A stretch of DNA of 64,000 nucleotides from an uncultured Clostridia bacterium (GTDB lineage: Bacteria; Bacillota; Dehalobacteriia; UBA4068), in assembly GCA_944390945.1 (NCBI GenBank), contig CALXRV010000035.1, positions 37,958-101,957 on the forward strand. Direction: 5' to 3'. The notes under the pieces were generated by a model, which had not been told where the DNA came from, ran no database searches, and saw nothing but the letters and a program-made list of their open reading frames with translations. Shown in pieces: positions 26,934 to 36,002 of this stretch. The translations under genes were made by a program, and so were the position numbers. Numbering within the stretch: position 1 is the stretch's first letter; each line of letters opens with the position of its first letter.

Positions 26934-27909
26934 GTTCCTCCTCCTTCAGCCAGCTGGAAATCAGGGCGCATACATCATGCAGCAAGCACTCCCGCTCACG
27001 ATAATGGTCTGGATAAAACCAGTGAATATCCGGATCCCGGCGAAACCAGGTCAGCTGACGCTTGGCAAACCGCCGTGTATCCCGCTTCAATCTGTTGACG
27101 GCCTCTGCCAGCGTGCATTCGCCGGCAAGATAGGATGCGATCTGCCGATATCCCAGCCCCTGCATCGATGGCGCTTCCCGTGCAACGCCAGCTTCCAGCA
27201 GAGCGTGGACTTCTGCAACCAATCCTTCGGCCATCATTTTGTCGATACGTCGTTCGATCCGCTGGTAAAGCAATTCCCGCTCTAAATTCAGACCGATCTG
27301 CAGAACATCGTATTCGGTAGATAATGCAGAACAGGCTTGCAAATGGCTAATCGTCTGCCCTGTCGCTGTGTAGACTTCCAAAGCGCGCAGCACACGATAA
27401 GCATCATTTGGATGGATGCGTGCGGCTGCGGGTGGGTCTACCTCGGCCAAACGTTTATGCATTGCCAAATTCCCCTGCTCTGCCAATTCTTTACGCAAAC
27501 GCTCGCGCAAAGCCGGTTGGGCAGCGGCTTCGTCAGGGAAATGATAGGGACGAAGCAGAGAATTGATATAAAGGCCGGTTCCGCCCACAAGGAACGGCAA
27601 ATGCCCACGCATGGCAATTTCACGAATGGCGATGCTCGCTGCCTCGCGAAAATCTGCTACGCTAAAAGTTTGGTTCGGCTCGCGGATATCAAGCAGATGG
27701 TGAGGAATACCCAGCATCTCCTCCGCACGGATTTTGGCTGTACCGATATCCATGCAACGATAAACCTGCATTGAATCAGCGGAAATGACCTCGGCCTGAA
27801 ACGCCTGTGCAATCCAAAGCGAAAGCGCTGTTTTCCCGCATGCCGTTGGCCCGAGCAGGACCAGCAGTTTCTGTTTTGAAAAGATGTCGTGTTTATCCTG
27901 CTTATCCAT
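26818..27909 (-). CDS. miaA: tRNA dimethylallyltransferase MiaA, with a 3' end extending 116 nt into hfq
   Basis: LLGPTACGKTALS P-loop, DSMQVYRCMDIGTAK and RQLTWFRR motifs. No stop codon occurs before 26818. Confidence 0.9.
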   Translation of the reverse strand: MDKQDKHDIFSKQKLLVLLGPTACGKTALSLWIAQAFQAEVISADSMQVYRCMDIGTAKIRAEEMLGIPHHLLDIREPNQTFSVADFREAASIAIREIAMRGHLPFLVGGTGLYINSLLRPYHFPDEAAAQPALRERLRKELAEQGNLAMHKRLAEVDPPAAARIHPNDAYRVLRALEVYTATGQTISHLQACSALSTEYDVLQIGLNLERELLYQRIERRIDKMMAEGLVAEVHALLEAGVAREAPSMQGLGYRQIASYLAGECTLAEAVNRLKRDTRRFAKRQLTWFRRDPDIHWFYPDHYRERECLLHDVCALISSWLKEEEHEADRTTGTFSQCHTQTADPGNVLFDQRVSDERADQGI

Positions 27910-27911
27910 TA

Positions 27912-29876
27912 CTAATATATGCCCTTACGCTGGAAACGTTTCTGCAGCTCAGAATCTGTGATCAGGCTGGCAATCGGCCGGCCGTGTGGACAGGTGATAT
28001 TCGATTTGCAGGCATCCAGCTGTGCGAATAGGCTGCTGACATCCTGCTGCGTCAAATAACGGTTCGCTTTAATCGCGCTTCTGCAAGCAATGATAAACAG
28101 CTCCTCGCGCAGCAGTTTGCCAATCGCGACATCACCGTTTTCCTGTAAATAGTCCAGCACAGCAAACAAAAGGTCTTCACCATTCATTTCCCCGCACCAG
28201 ACTGGCATACCGCGGATCACATAAGTTGTATCCCCAAAGTATTCCAAAATAAAACCAAGATCCCGTAGCTGCAAAATATGATCAGTCAACAACACATGCT
28301 CGCTCTGCGAAAGCGTTACCTGAAGCGGCACCGCCAGCATGGCGGAAACCTCCGCATCTACCGATTGTTCGCAAAGCCGTTCATACATGATACGTTCTGC
28401 AGCAGCATGCTGATCGATCAGATATAGACCTGCATCTGCAGCTGCCAGAATATACGTCCCTTTGTATTGCCCGATATAATGTAGGCTGCCATAGCGCAGC
28501 CGTGGCTGCTCGCCCCAGCTTTCCTTCGTTTTCTTGACCGGTTGGATCAAATAAGTATCGTCAAATTTGAGCGCCGCCTGTTCACTTGGCATAGCGTTCT
28601 CTTCGGAGCGCACAGCCGCAGTGCTAGGCGGAGATGAGGCAGGCTCACCATCCGGAACAGACACCTTCTGATGAGCCGGCTTTCCCTGGTAAAGCGAATA
28701 ATACAATTCATCAGAAGACATGGCACGCCGTTCCTGCAGTTCGCTCATCGCCGGGGCATATTGCTCCCGAGGCAAACGCTCCGGCATCACTGGTAACGTA
28801 GGCGGCAATACATCAATCCGGTCCCGAGAGACCAGTTCAGAATCAAATGGTGCACGCATCTGCGGTAGCAGTTGATCATATCTGGTCAATGCCTGACGGA
28901 TCGCTGCTGTTACTGCATGCTGCAGAGAACGTGGATCCCGAAATTTTACTTCCAGCTTGCCCGGGTGAACATTCACATCTATGCTTTCCGGCGGCAAAGT
29001 AAGAAAAAGGAATACCGTCGGATAGCGCCGTGACGGCAGCAGGGTATCATAGCCCTCCTCAACTGCAGTTGCCAGCTCGCGGCTACGTACCGCTCTACCA
29101 TTAATAAAAAAATGATAGTGCCGCTGCGCACGCGTATATTCCGGCATAGAGATCAAACCGCTGACTGTGCTGCCGGCATCCGGATGAACATAAATTAAGC
29201 TGTGCTGCAGGTCACGATGATAGGCAGCCTGCACCGCCTGGGCCAGCTCGCCATCGCCGGTCGTGACCAGTGTTCTATGATTTCCCTGACGCAGCGTGAA
29301 TGCAATGCCGGGATAAGAAACAGCGAATTCGCTCATCAGATCGCCGACCAAGCCAAGCTCGGTCCGCGGTGACTTTAAAAATTTGCGTCGCGCCGGCGTA
29401 TTATAAAACAGCCGTTCGACAAGAATGATCGTTCCTTTCTTCGCCGCTGCAGGCTCAGGCAAAGCCGCCTTTCCCTCCAGAACCGGCATCGAATATCCGT
29501 GCTCAGCATCTGCTGTTCTGGAGACGATCGTCATCTGGCTGACAGAGGCAATCGAAGGCAAGGCCTCGCCACGGAAGCCCAGCGTTGTCAGGTGTTCCAG
29601 GTCTGCGGCGGCGCGAATCTTGCTCGTAGCATGGCGCTGTACTGCCAAACGCATATCCTCCGGCAACATGCCACTGCCATTATCGCTGACCTGGATCTTT
29701 TCGCAATTCGCGTCAAATATGCGCACCTCGATACGGGTCGCACCCGCGTCGATCGCATTCTCCACCAACTCCTTCACAACAGAAGCCGGTCGTTCAATCA
29801 CCTCTCCCGCTGCGATCTGGTTCGCTGTCAATGTATCGAGAAGGTGGATCTTTGCAGGTTTTTTCTCTTCAGTCAT
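27912..29876 (-). CDS. mutL: DNA mismatch repair protein MutL
   Basis: IHLLDTLTANQIAAGEVIERPASVVKELVENAIDAGA GHKL ATPase N-terminus. C-terminal dimerisation/endonuclease region (QHAAAERIMYE, ACRSAIKAN, CPHGRP). Confidence 0.95.
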   Translation of the reverse strand: MTEEKKPAKIHLLDTLTANQIAAGEVIERPASVVKELVENAIDAGATRIEVRIFDANCEKIQVSDNGSGMLPEDMRLAVQRHATSKIRAAADLEHLTTLGFRGEALPSIASVSQMTIVSRTADAEHGYSMPVLEGKAALPEPAAAKKGTIILVERLFYNTPARRKFLKSPRTELGLVGDLMSEFAVSYPGIAFTLRQGNHRTLVTTGDGELAQAVQAAYHRDLQHSLIYVHPDAGSTVSGLISMPEYTRAQRHYHFFINGRAVRSRELATAVEEGYDTLLPSRRYPTVFLFLTLPPESIDVNVHPGKLEVKFRDPRSLQHAVTAAIRQALTRYDQLLPQMRAPFDSELVSRDRIDVLPPTLPVMPERLPREQYAPAMSELQERRAMSSDELYYSLYQGKPAHQKVSVPDGEPASSPPSTAAVRSEENAMPSEQAALKFDDTYLIQPVKKTKESWGEQPRLRYGSLHYIGQYKGTYILAAADAGLYLIDQHAAAERIMYERLCEQSVDAEVSAMLAVPLQVTLSQSEHVLLTDHILQLRDLGFILEYFGDTTYVIRGMPVWCGEMNGEDLLFAVLDYLQENGDVAIGKLLREELFIIACRSAIKANRYLTQQDVSSLFAQLDACKSNITCPHGRPIASLITDSELQKRFQRKGIY

Positions 29877-32493
29877 CGCATTCCTTTTTCCATTTCGAAA
29901 GCAGCAGCAGCGCGTCAAGCGGTGTCATCGCATCAATATCCAGTTCCTTTAACGCTTTGATAACCGGATGTTCCTCAGCCGGCTGTTCCGCCGGGAGCAA
30001 TGCCGCAAAGCTGATCTGCTCACCCTGTCCCAGTTTACTCTGAATATGTTTTTCTGCTTCCAGCTGCGCCAGTATTTCTTTCGCACGCCGGATTACGCCA
30101 TGTGGCAACCCGGCCAGCTGTGCAACCTGTATGCCATAACTTTTATCAGCGCCGCCTTCCACGATCCGACGCAGGAAAACGATTTTACTGCCGCGTTCCT
30201 TCACTGCGATCGAATAATTGTGGATCAGCGGAAAGTTTTCCGCCAACGCAGTCAATTCATGGTAATGTGTGGCAAAAAGGGTCTTGGCCGCACAGGCATC
30301 ATTGATGATGTATTCTGCAACCGCCCAGGCGATGGAAAGCCCGTCAAAGGTCGAAGTACCGCGTCCGATCTCATCCAACAGGATCAGGCTGCTTGCAGTG
30401 GCATGACGCAGAATATTTGACGTCTCATTCATCTCAACCATAAATGTGCTCTGCCCTGAAGCTAGATCATCCGCAGCGCCAACACGCGTGAAGATTCGAT
30501 CACAATACCCGATCTGCGCGGCGTCTGCCGGAACAAAGCTGCCGATACGGGCCATCAGAACGATCAGCGCCACCTGCCGCATATAAGTACTCTTACCCGC
30601 CATATTTGGTCCGGTAATCAGCATCATACGCTGGTTACCATGATCCAGCAGTGTATCATTGGCGATATAATTCTCCGCACCGATGATCTGCTCGACCACC
30701 GGATGACGCCCTTCTTTAATCAGGATACGGTCGCCATCATCGATCAATGGACGGCAATAGTTGTTGCGTACCGCGGTATAAGCCAGCGCCTGCAGCGCAT
30801 CGATATGCGCGATCATGTCAGCGGTACGCTGAATACGCGGCGCTGCTGCTGCGACGGTATCGCGTATTTCGCAAAAGAGAGCATATTCCAACGTATTCAA
30901 CCGTTCGCCTGCATTCAATATGCGGCTTTCCAGTTCCTTCAGTTCTTCGGTGACGAACCGCTCACCATTTGCCAATGTTTGTTTTCGCTGATAATGCGCT
31001 GGTGCATCAGCTGCCCGCATGCGGCTGATCTCGATATAATAACCGAAAACCTTGTTGAAACCTACCTTCAGCGTCTTGATCCCGGTCGCCTCGCGTTCCC
31101 GCGCTTCCAGATCCAAAAGCAGCTGCCGGGCCGAATGACTGAGACTGCGCAGCTCGTCCACTTCTGCATGATATCCTGCACGGATCAGTCCGCCCTCCCG
31201 TGGGGAAAGCGGCGGCTCATCTGCAATCGCCTGATCCAGCAGATCCCGGATATCCGCCAACAGATCAAATTGGTCGAAGAGAAGGCCCGCTAACTGGCTG
31301 TGCAGGCGTGCTAACAAAGCATACAATGTCGGCAGATAGTCCAGGGTAGCACGCAGGGCCGCCAGGTCTCGCGGGCCAGCCGTACCATAGCTGATGCGCC
31401 CGACCAAACGGGGAATATCATGCAACGGCCGCAGGCATTCACGCAGTGAGCTACAAAAGCCGGTATCACCGCACAATTCCTCAACAGCGTCCAGACGATT
31501 ATTGATCGCTGCTGCAGAAAGCAATGGGCTTTCCACCCATTCCCGCAGCAGACGCCCACCCATCGCAGTTTCGGTTTCATCCAGTACCCAAAGCAATGTC
31601 CCTTTCCGCTGATTTGTGCGAATGGTGGCAGTTAGCTCAAGGTTACGTCTGGTCGCTGCATCAAGCAGCATGAATTCGCTATTGCCGTAAAAACGAATGC
31701 GGTCAATATAGGCGAGCGAACGCTTTTGGGTCTGCTGCAGAAAGTCCAAAATCATCGCTGCCGCGCGTACGGCGAGCGGCTTCTCCGCCAACCCAAGCGA
31801 TTCCAAAGAAGCCACTTGAAAATGCGCAATCAGCAGCTCCGCTGCATTGCTTCGGATATACCGTTCATCAAAACAGCGGCTGAGCGTACCAACACAGCTG
31901 CCATGGATGCGCAAGCGGAAAAACTCATCCTCATAAAGATCTTCCGGCAAGATCAATTCAGCAGCTGCAATACGCGTCAATTCATCTGCCAGCTTCTCGC
32001 GCAAGGCCGGCCCGCTTAATTCTGTCGCAGAAAACTCACCTGTGCTGATGTCCACATAAGCCAGCCCAAAGCCGCATTCCTCTCCCCTGCTTTTTTCACG
32101 CCAACAAGCGGCGAGATAATTATGCGACTTTTCCTCCAGCACATTTTCATCCATCATCGTGCCTGGGGTGATTACGCGGATCACATCCCGTTTGACCAAA
32201 CCTTTGACAAGCTTTGGGTCTTCCAACTGTTCACAAATAGCAACCTTATATCCTTTTTCGATTAAGCGGGCAATATAGTTATTAGCGGCATGATATGGCA
32301 CACCGCACATCGGCATCCGATTCCCGTTCCCGCTATCGCGGCTGGTCAGCACGATGGAAAGTTCTTTTGCAGCGATTTTTGCATCATCATTGAACATTTC
32401 ATAAAAATCGCCCAAACGGAAAAAGAGCAAACAGTCACTGTATTGCTCTTTGATCGCTTGATATTGACGCAGCATTGGTGTTACAATAGTCAA
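29869..32493 (-). CDS. mutS: DNA mismatch repair protein MutS
   Basis: TPMLRQYQAIKEQY...FFRLGDFYEMF mismatch-binding N-terminus, Walker A GPNMAGKSTYMRQ, DEIGRGTSTFDG. Confidence 0.95.
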   Translation of the reverse strand: MTIVTPMLRQYQAIKEQYSDCLLFFRLGDFYEMFNDDAKIAAKELSIVLTSRDSGNGNRMPMCGVPYHAANNYIARLIEKGYKVAICEQLEDPKLVKGLVKRDVIRVITPGTMMDENVLEEKSHNYLAACWREKSRGEECGFGLAYVDISTGEFSATELSGPALREKLADELTRIAAAELILPEDLYEDEFFRLRIHGSCVGTLSRCFDERYIRSNAAELLIAHFQVASLESLGLAEKPLAVRAAAMILDFLQQTQKRSLAYIDRIRFYGNSEFMLLDAATRRNLELTATIRTNQRKGTLLWVLDETETAMGGRLLREWVESPLLSAAAINNRLDAVEELCGDTGFCSSLRECLRPLHDIPRLVGRISYGTAGPRDLAALRATLDYLPTLYALLARLHSQLAGLLFDQFDLLADIRDLLDQAIADEPPLSPREGGLIRAGYHAEVDELRSLSHSARQLLLDLEAREREATGIKTLKVGFNKVFGYYIEISRMRAADAPAHYQRKQTLANGERFVTEELKELESRILNAGERLNTLEYALFCEIRDTVAAAAPRIQRTADMIAHIDALQALAYTAVRNNYCRPLIDDGDRILIKEGRHPVVEQIIGAENYIANDTLLDHGNQRMMLITGPNMAGKSTYMRQVALIVLMARIGSFVPADAAQIGYCDRIFTRVGAADDLASGQSTFMVEMNETSNILRHATASSLILLDEIGRGTSTFDGLSIAWAVAEYIINDACAAKTLFATHYHELTALAENFPLIHNYSIAVKERGSKIVFLRRIVEGGADKSYGIQVAQLAGLPHGVIRRAKEILAQLEAEKHIQSKLGQGEQISFAALLPAEQPAEEHPVIKALKELDIDAMTPLDALLLLSKWKKECDD

Positions 32494-32496
32494 GGG

Positions 32497-33147
32497 CTAC
32501 GCCTCCTGCGCGGCAGACTCTTTGAACTGCGAAGAAATATAGTCCGTAAGAATGATACTTCCATCCTGCACCATAGCCAGCTTCAACGGAGAAAGTGCAA
32601 CATCAGAAGGGATCGTCGCCACATGGGAGGCAATGCGTAGCTGTTGCGCAGCCATCGTATAAGCAAGAATATAGCAGCTTTCGTCACCTTCTGCGCCAGC
32701 ATGCAACACCCCGCGGCAGCTGCCCATTACGACAATATTTCCGGTAGCGACGATCTCACCGCCTGGATTGATGTCTCCCATGATCACGGCATTACCACGT
32801 ACGGAAAGTTTTCTGCCATTGCGGATACTCCTGGTTACCAACAAGCTGTTGCCGCCGGCCGTCTGATAGATCACTTCATATTGTTCATCGCTGGGCAACT
32901 CACGCGGCTGCGGCTTTCCCTTCACCAGGTGGTATTTCGCCAGTATCCCTTCAATGACGGCGAGTTCCTCCGCGGAGAACTGCTCAGGGCGATCGATGAT
33001 ATAATCTGCATTGAGAAAAAAGTCGCCGCTGTGAAGCAGCTTGTCCTCCAAGGCTGCACAAACCTGGCCAAACCCTGCCTCCAGAATATCGAAATAAAAG
33101 ATCAGACCAGAAGGTGTGCCTTTTATATTGACTATGTTTTTTGCCAT
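32497..33147 (-). CDS. minC: Septum site-determining protein MinC (no minD/minE nearby)
   Basis: N-terminus IKGTPSGLIFYFD. C-terminal beta-helix (RNGRKLSVRGNAVIMGDINPGGEIVATGNIVVMGSCRGVLHAG...QLRIA). Ends 3 nt before the mutS start. Confidence 0.75.
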   Translation of the reverse strand: MAKNIVNIKGTPSGLIFYFDILEAGFGQVCAALEDKLLHSGDFFLNADYIIDRPEQFSAEELAVIEGILAKYHLVKGKPQPRELPSDEQYEVIYQTAGGNSLLVTRSIRNGRKLSVRGNAVIMGDINPGGEIVATGNIVVMGSCRGVLHAGAEGDESCYILAYTMAAQQLRIASHVATIPSDVALSPLKLAMVQDGSIILTDYISSQFKESAAQEA

Positions 33148-33238
33148 ATGCGCCTCCGCAATGAAAATCGTTTTCCAACTTAATTATATTCGCCGAAATT
33201 GATCTTTATTCCTGCTGAATATTTTATAAAGGAGCACT

Positions 33239-34000
33239 ATGCGGCACGGTTTTGATGAAATCAGGAAAAGAATGAAAAAAGCGATCGTCCGTTATGAGAT
33301 GATTGCGGATGATACGCCGATCATGGTCGGGCTTTCCGGAGGTAAAGACAGTCTGGCTTTGCTCTATGCGCTGAAGGATTTTCTGCGCATCTCCAAATAT
33401 AAATATCCGCTTGCTGCAGGGCATGTTTCCCTGGGTTTTCCCGGCGATGATATCAGCCGTATGGAGCAATTCTGCCATGAACTGGAAGTACCGTTTTTCT
33501 GGCAACAGACGGAGATTGGCGATATCATTTTTTCGCACCGACAAGAAACCAATCCCTGCTCTTTATGCGCCAAAATGCGGCGCGGAGCATTGAACAGTCT
33601 GGCGCAGGCTCAGGGCTTCAGTAAAATTGCGCTTGCGCATCACCAGGATGATGCAGTGGAAACTCTACTGCTGAATCTGTTCTATGAAGGCCGTGTTGCC
33701 TCCTTCCGGCCGGTCACTTATCTCGACCGCATGCAGCTGACCGTCATTCGCCCTTTTGTTTATGTACCGGAAGAGCAGATCAGCTATTTTGCGCGCAATC
33801 TGCCGCTACCCGTTACCAAAAGCAACTGCCCGCAGGACTGCCAGGGCAAACGGCAGTCAATGAAGCGCATCGTCAGCGAACTGGAGGCGATTGCACCGCT
33901 TGGTAAAGATCGCGTGACGGGCGCGCTGGATCGTCTGTTCCAACATGCCTGGGACGGCAATCTGGTCATCAGAAAAAAGGACGGAGGTGGCAATCTATGA
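33239..34000 (+). CDS. TtcA-family PP-loop ATPase (tRNA 2-thiocytidine synthase-like)
   Basis: SGGKDS PP-loop, NPCSLCAKMRRG CxxC motif, HHQDD, and a C-terminal Cys pair (SNCPQDC). Confidence 0.8.
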   Translation: MRHGFDEIRKRMKKAIVRYEMIADDTPIMVGLSGGKDSLALLYALKDFLRISKYKYPLAAGHVSLGFPGDDISRMEQFCHELEVPFFWQQTEIGDIIFSHRQETNPCSLCAKMRRGALNSLAQAQGFSKIALAHHQDDAVETLLLNLFYEGRVASFRPVTYLDRMQLTVIRPFVYVPEEQISYFARNLPLPVTKSNCPQDCQGKRQSMKRIVSELEAIAPLGKDRVTGALDRLFQHAWDGNLVIRKKDGGGNL

Positions 34001-34416
34001 TCGCAGTTAGCGCTTGTCTGCTAGGCGTAAATTGCCGCTGGGATGGCGGCAACTGTGAAAACGAGGCGGTCAAACATTTTTTAATCGGTCATGATTATCT
34101 TATGATCTGTCCTGAATGCCTGGGTGGGCTCGCCACGCCGCGCGTGCCGGTCGAACTGTGCCACAACAAGGCGATCGATCGTGATGGCGTCGATCGCTCC
34201 ACAGAATTTCAGGCTGGCGCAAAGGCGGCGGCCTGGCTCTGCGCAGCTAATCATGTCACGCTTGCCGTCCTCAAAAATGGCAGCCCTTCATGTGGCGTCA
34301 ACCGCATCCATGATGGCAGCTTCTCCGGTCGATCGATTCCCGGCATGGGGATGACAGCAGCTTTGCTTGCCGCACAGGGCATCCGCCTGATGAGCGAAGA
34401 TGATCTGGACGGCTGA
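33997..34416 (+). CDS. DUF523 (TudS-like, [4Fe-4S] thiouracil/thiouridine desulfidase family) protein
   Basis: VSACLLGVNCRWDGG, ICPECLGGLATPR and NGSPSCGV, the three-Cys pattern of DUF523. ATGA overlap with the TtcA-like gene. Confidence 0.7.
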   Translation: MIAVSACLLGVNCRWDGGNCENEAVKHFLIGHDYLMICPECLGGLATPRVPVELCHNKAIDRDGVDRSTEFQAGAKAAAWLCAANHVTLAVLKNGSPSCGVNRIHDGSFSGRSIPGMGMTAALLAAQGIRLMSEDDLDG

Positions 34417-34585
34417 CAGAATCATCCTCCAACACCAATAATAAACAGATGCAAGCCACGCATGCCCAACCGTGCGTGGCTTGTCCGTATCTGCTCCAAC
34501 CGGCAAATTTATCAGCGCTAATCTACCCTAATACGTCCCGTGCTGCTGCATCGCAGCTTTACATCAGCAGCCAGAGCTGGGCATT

Positions 34586-35965
34586 TCATACTGGTTCCCC
34601 ATACAAATTCCAGGTATGCGCAGTCCTAATCTCAATATCCAGCAAATCTCCTGGTCGGGCCGACTTCTGCAAGGGAAAGATCACAATTTTATTGCCATCT
34701 GTGCGCCCGCTCATCATGCTATTGTTCTGCTTACTTATGCCTTCCACCATCACAGAAAGTGTGCGTCCAACCAGCTGTTCGTTCAGCGCCAGGCTGATTG
34801 GGTCCTGTATGGCCATCAACCGCTGCAGACGCTCTTTTTTCACCGCATCCGATACCTGCTCCGGCATATCAGCCGCTGGGGTGCCTGGACGACGAGAATA
34901 CAGAAAGGTGTATGCCGCATCAAAGCGGCATTCACAAACAAAATCCAACGTTTCCTGGAAATCTTTTTCCGTTTCGCCGGGAAAGCCGACAATAAGATCT
35001 GTTGTGATGGTCGCCTGCGGGAATAACCGGCGAATCTGTTGTAATAAAAGCCGATACTGGGCCGTCTGATAGCCGCGGTTCATCTGCGTAAGCAAGCGGT
35101 CACAGCCGGACTGTAGCGGCAGATGAAAATGTCGGCAAACCTTGGGGAGCCTGGCTATCGTTTCTGCCAGCCGCTGATCAAAATCACGCGGATGTGATGT
35201 CATATAGCGGATTCGCTCAAGCCCCTCTACCTTGCTGACCTGCTGCAGCAAATAGGCAAAGTCGATCCCATTCTCAAGCTCCCGGCCATAAGAATTGACA
35301 TTCTGTCCCAACAGCTGGATCTCACGCACCCCGTTCGCCGTTAAAGCGTTGACCTCATCAACGATCTCCGATACACTGCGACTTCTTTCACGACCACGTA
35401 CGTAAGGAACGATGCAGTAGCTGCAAAAATTATTACAGCCGTAATTGATATTGACCTGCGCACGATAACCACTCTCGATCGTTGGCGCAAGCACTTCGCA
35501 GCGTTTTAATTCTTCCTCGCCATATCGCTCTTCCGTATCGATGATCCGTTCGCCGCTTGCTGCATATTCCTCCACATAACGTGGTAGTTTTGCTCCGGCA
35601 AAAGTACCGATGACAATACCGATATGCCGGTAACTTTTTTGCAGCAGCTCTGCAGTCCCGCTTTTCTGCGCCATACAACCCATGACAGCGATAATCCGTC
35701 CAGGGAGCTCTTCCTTCCAGTGTTTCAGGCTGCCAAGGAAGCCCAACGCCCGGTTTTCCGCATTTTCCCGCACGCAGCAGGTGTTGACTACAACCAGATC
35801 CGCATCTGCCAGCCCTTCTGCCGGCTGATGACCGGCGCTGCGCAACAGCCCGGCAATCAACCGCGAATCATTTTCATTCATCTGACAGCCAAATGTCTGA
35901 ATATAAAACCGCAACCTCTGTCCTCCATCCATACCAAAACTTACGTCATGTGATCGATTCATCAA
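34586..35965 (-). CDS. miaB: tRNA-i6A37 methylthiotransferase MiaB (start ambiguous, 35965 or 35932)
   Basis: FYIQTFGCQMNENDS UPF0004 domain, radical-SAM CNNFCSYCIVP, C-terminal TRAM domain. Confidence 0.9.
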   Translation of the reverse strand: MMNRSHDVSFGMDGGQRLRFYIQTFGCQMNENDSRLIAGLLRSAGHQPAEGLADADLVVVNTCCVRENAENRALGFLGSLKHWKEELPGRIIAVMGCMAQKSGTAELLQKSYRHIGIVIGTFAGAKLPRYVEEYAASGERIIDTEERYGEEELKRCEVLAPTIESGYRAQVNINYGCNNFCSYCIVPYVRGRERSRSVSEIVDEVNALTANGVREIQLLGQNVNSYGRELENGIDFAYLLQQVSKVEGLERIRYMTSHPRDFDQRLAETIARLPKVCRHFHLPLQSGCDRLLTQMNRGYQTAQYRLLLQQIRRLFPQATITTDLIVGFPGETEKDFQETLDFVCECRFDAAYTFLYSRRPGTPAADMPEQVSDAVKKERLQRLMAIQDPISLALNEQLVGRTLSVMVEGISKQNNSMMSGRTDGNKIVIFPLQKSARPGDLLDIEIRTAHTWNLYGEPV

Positions 35966-36002
35966 TCGCCGGTTTACCTGATGATTACGAGGGATACTAT
36001 CG

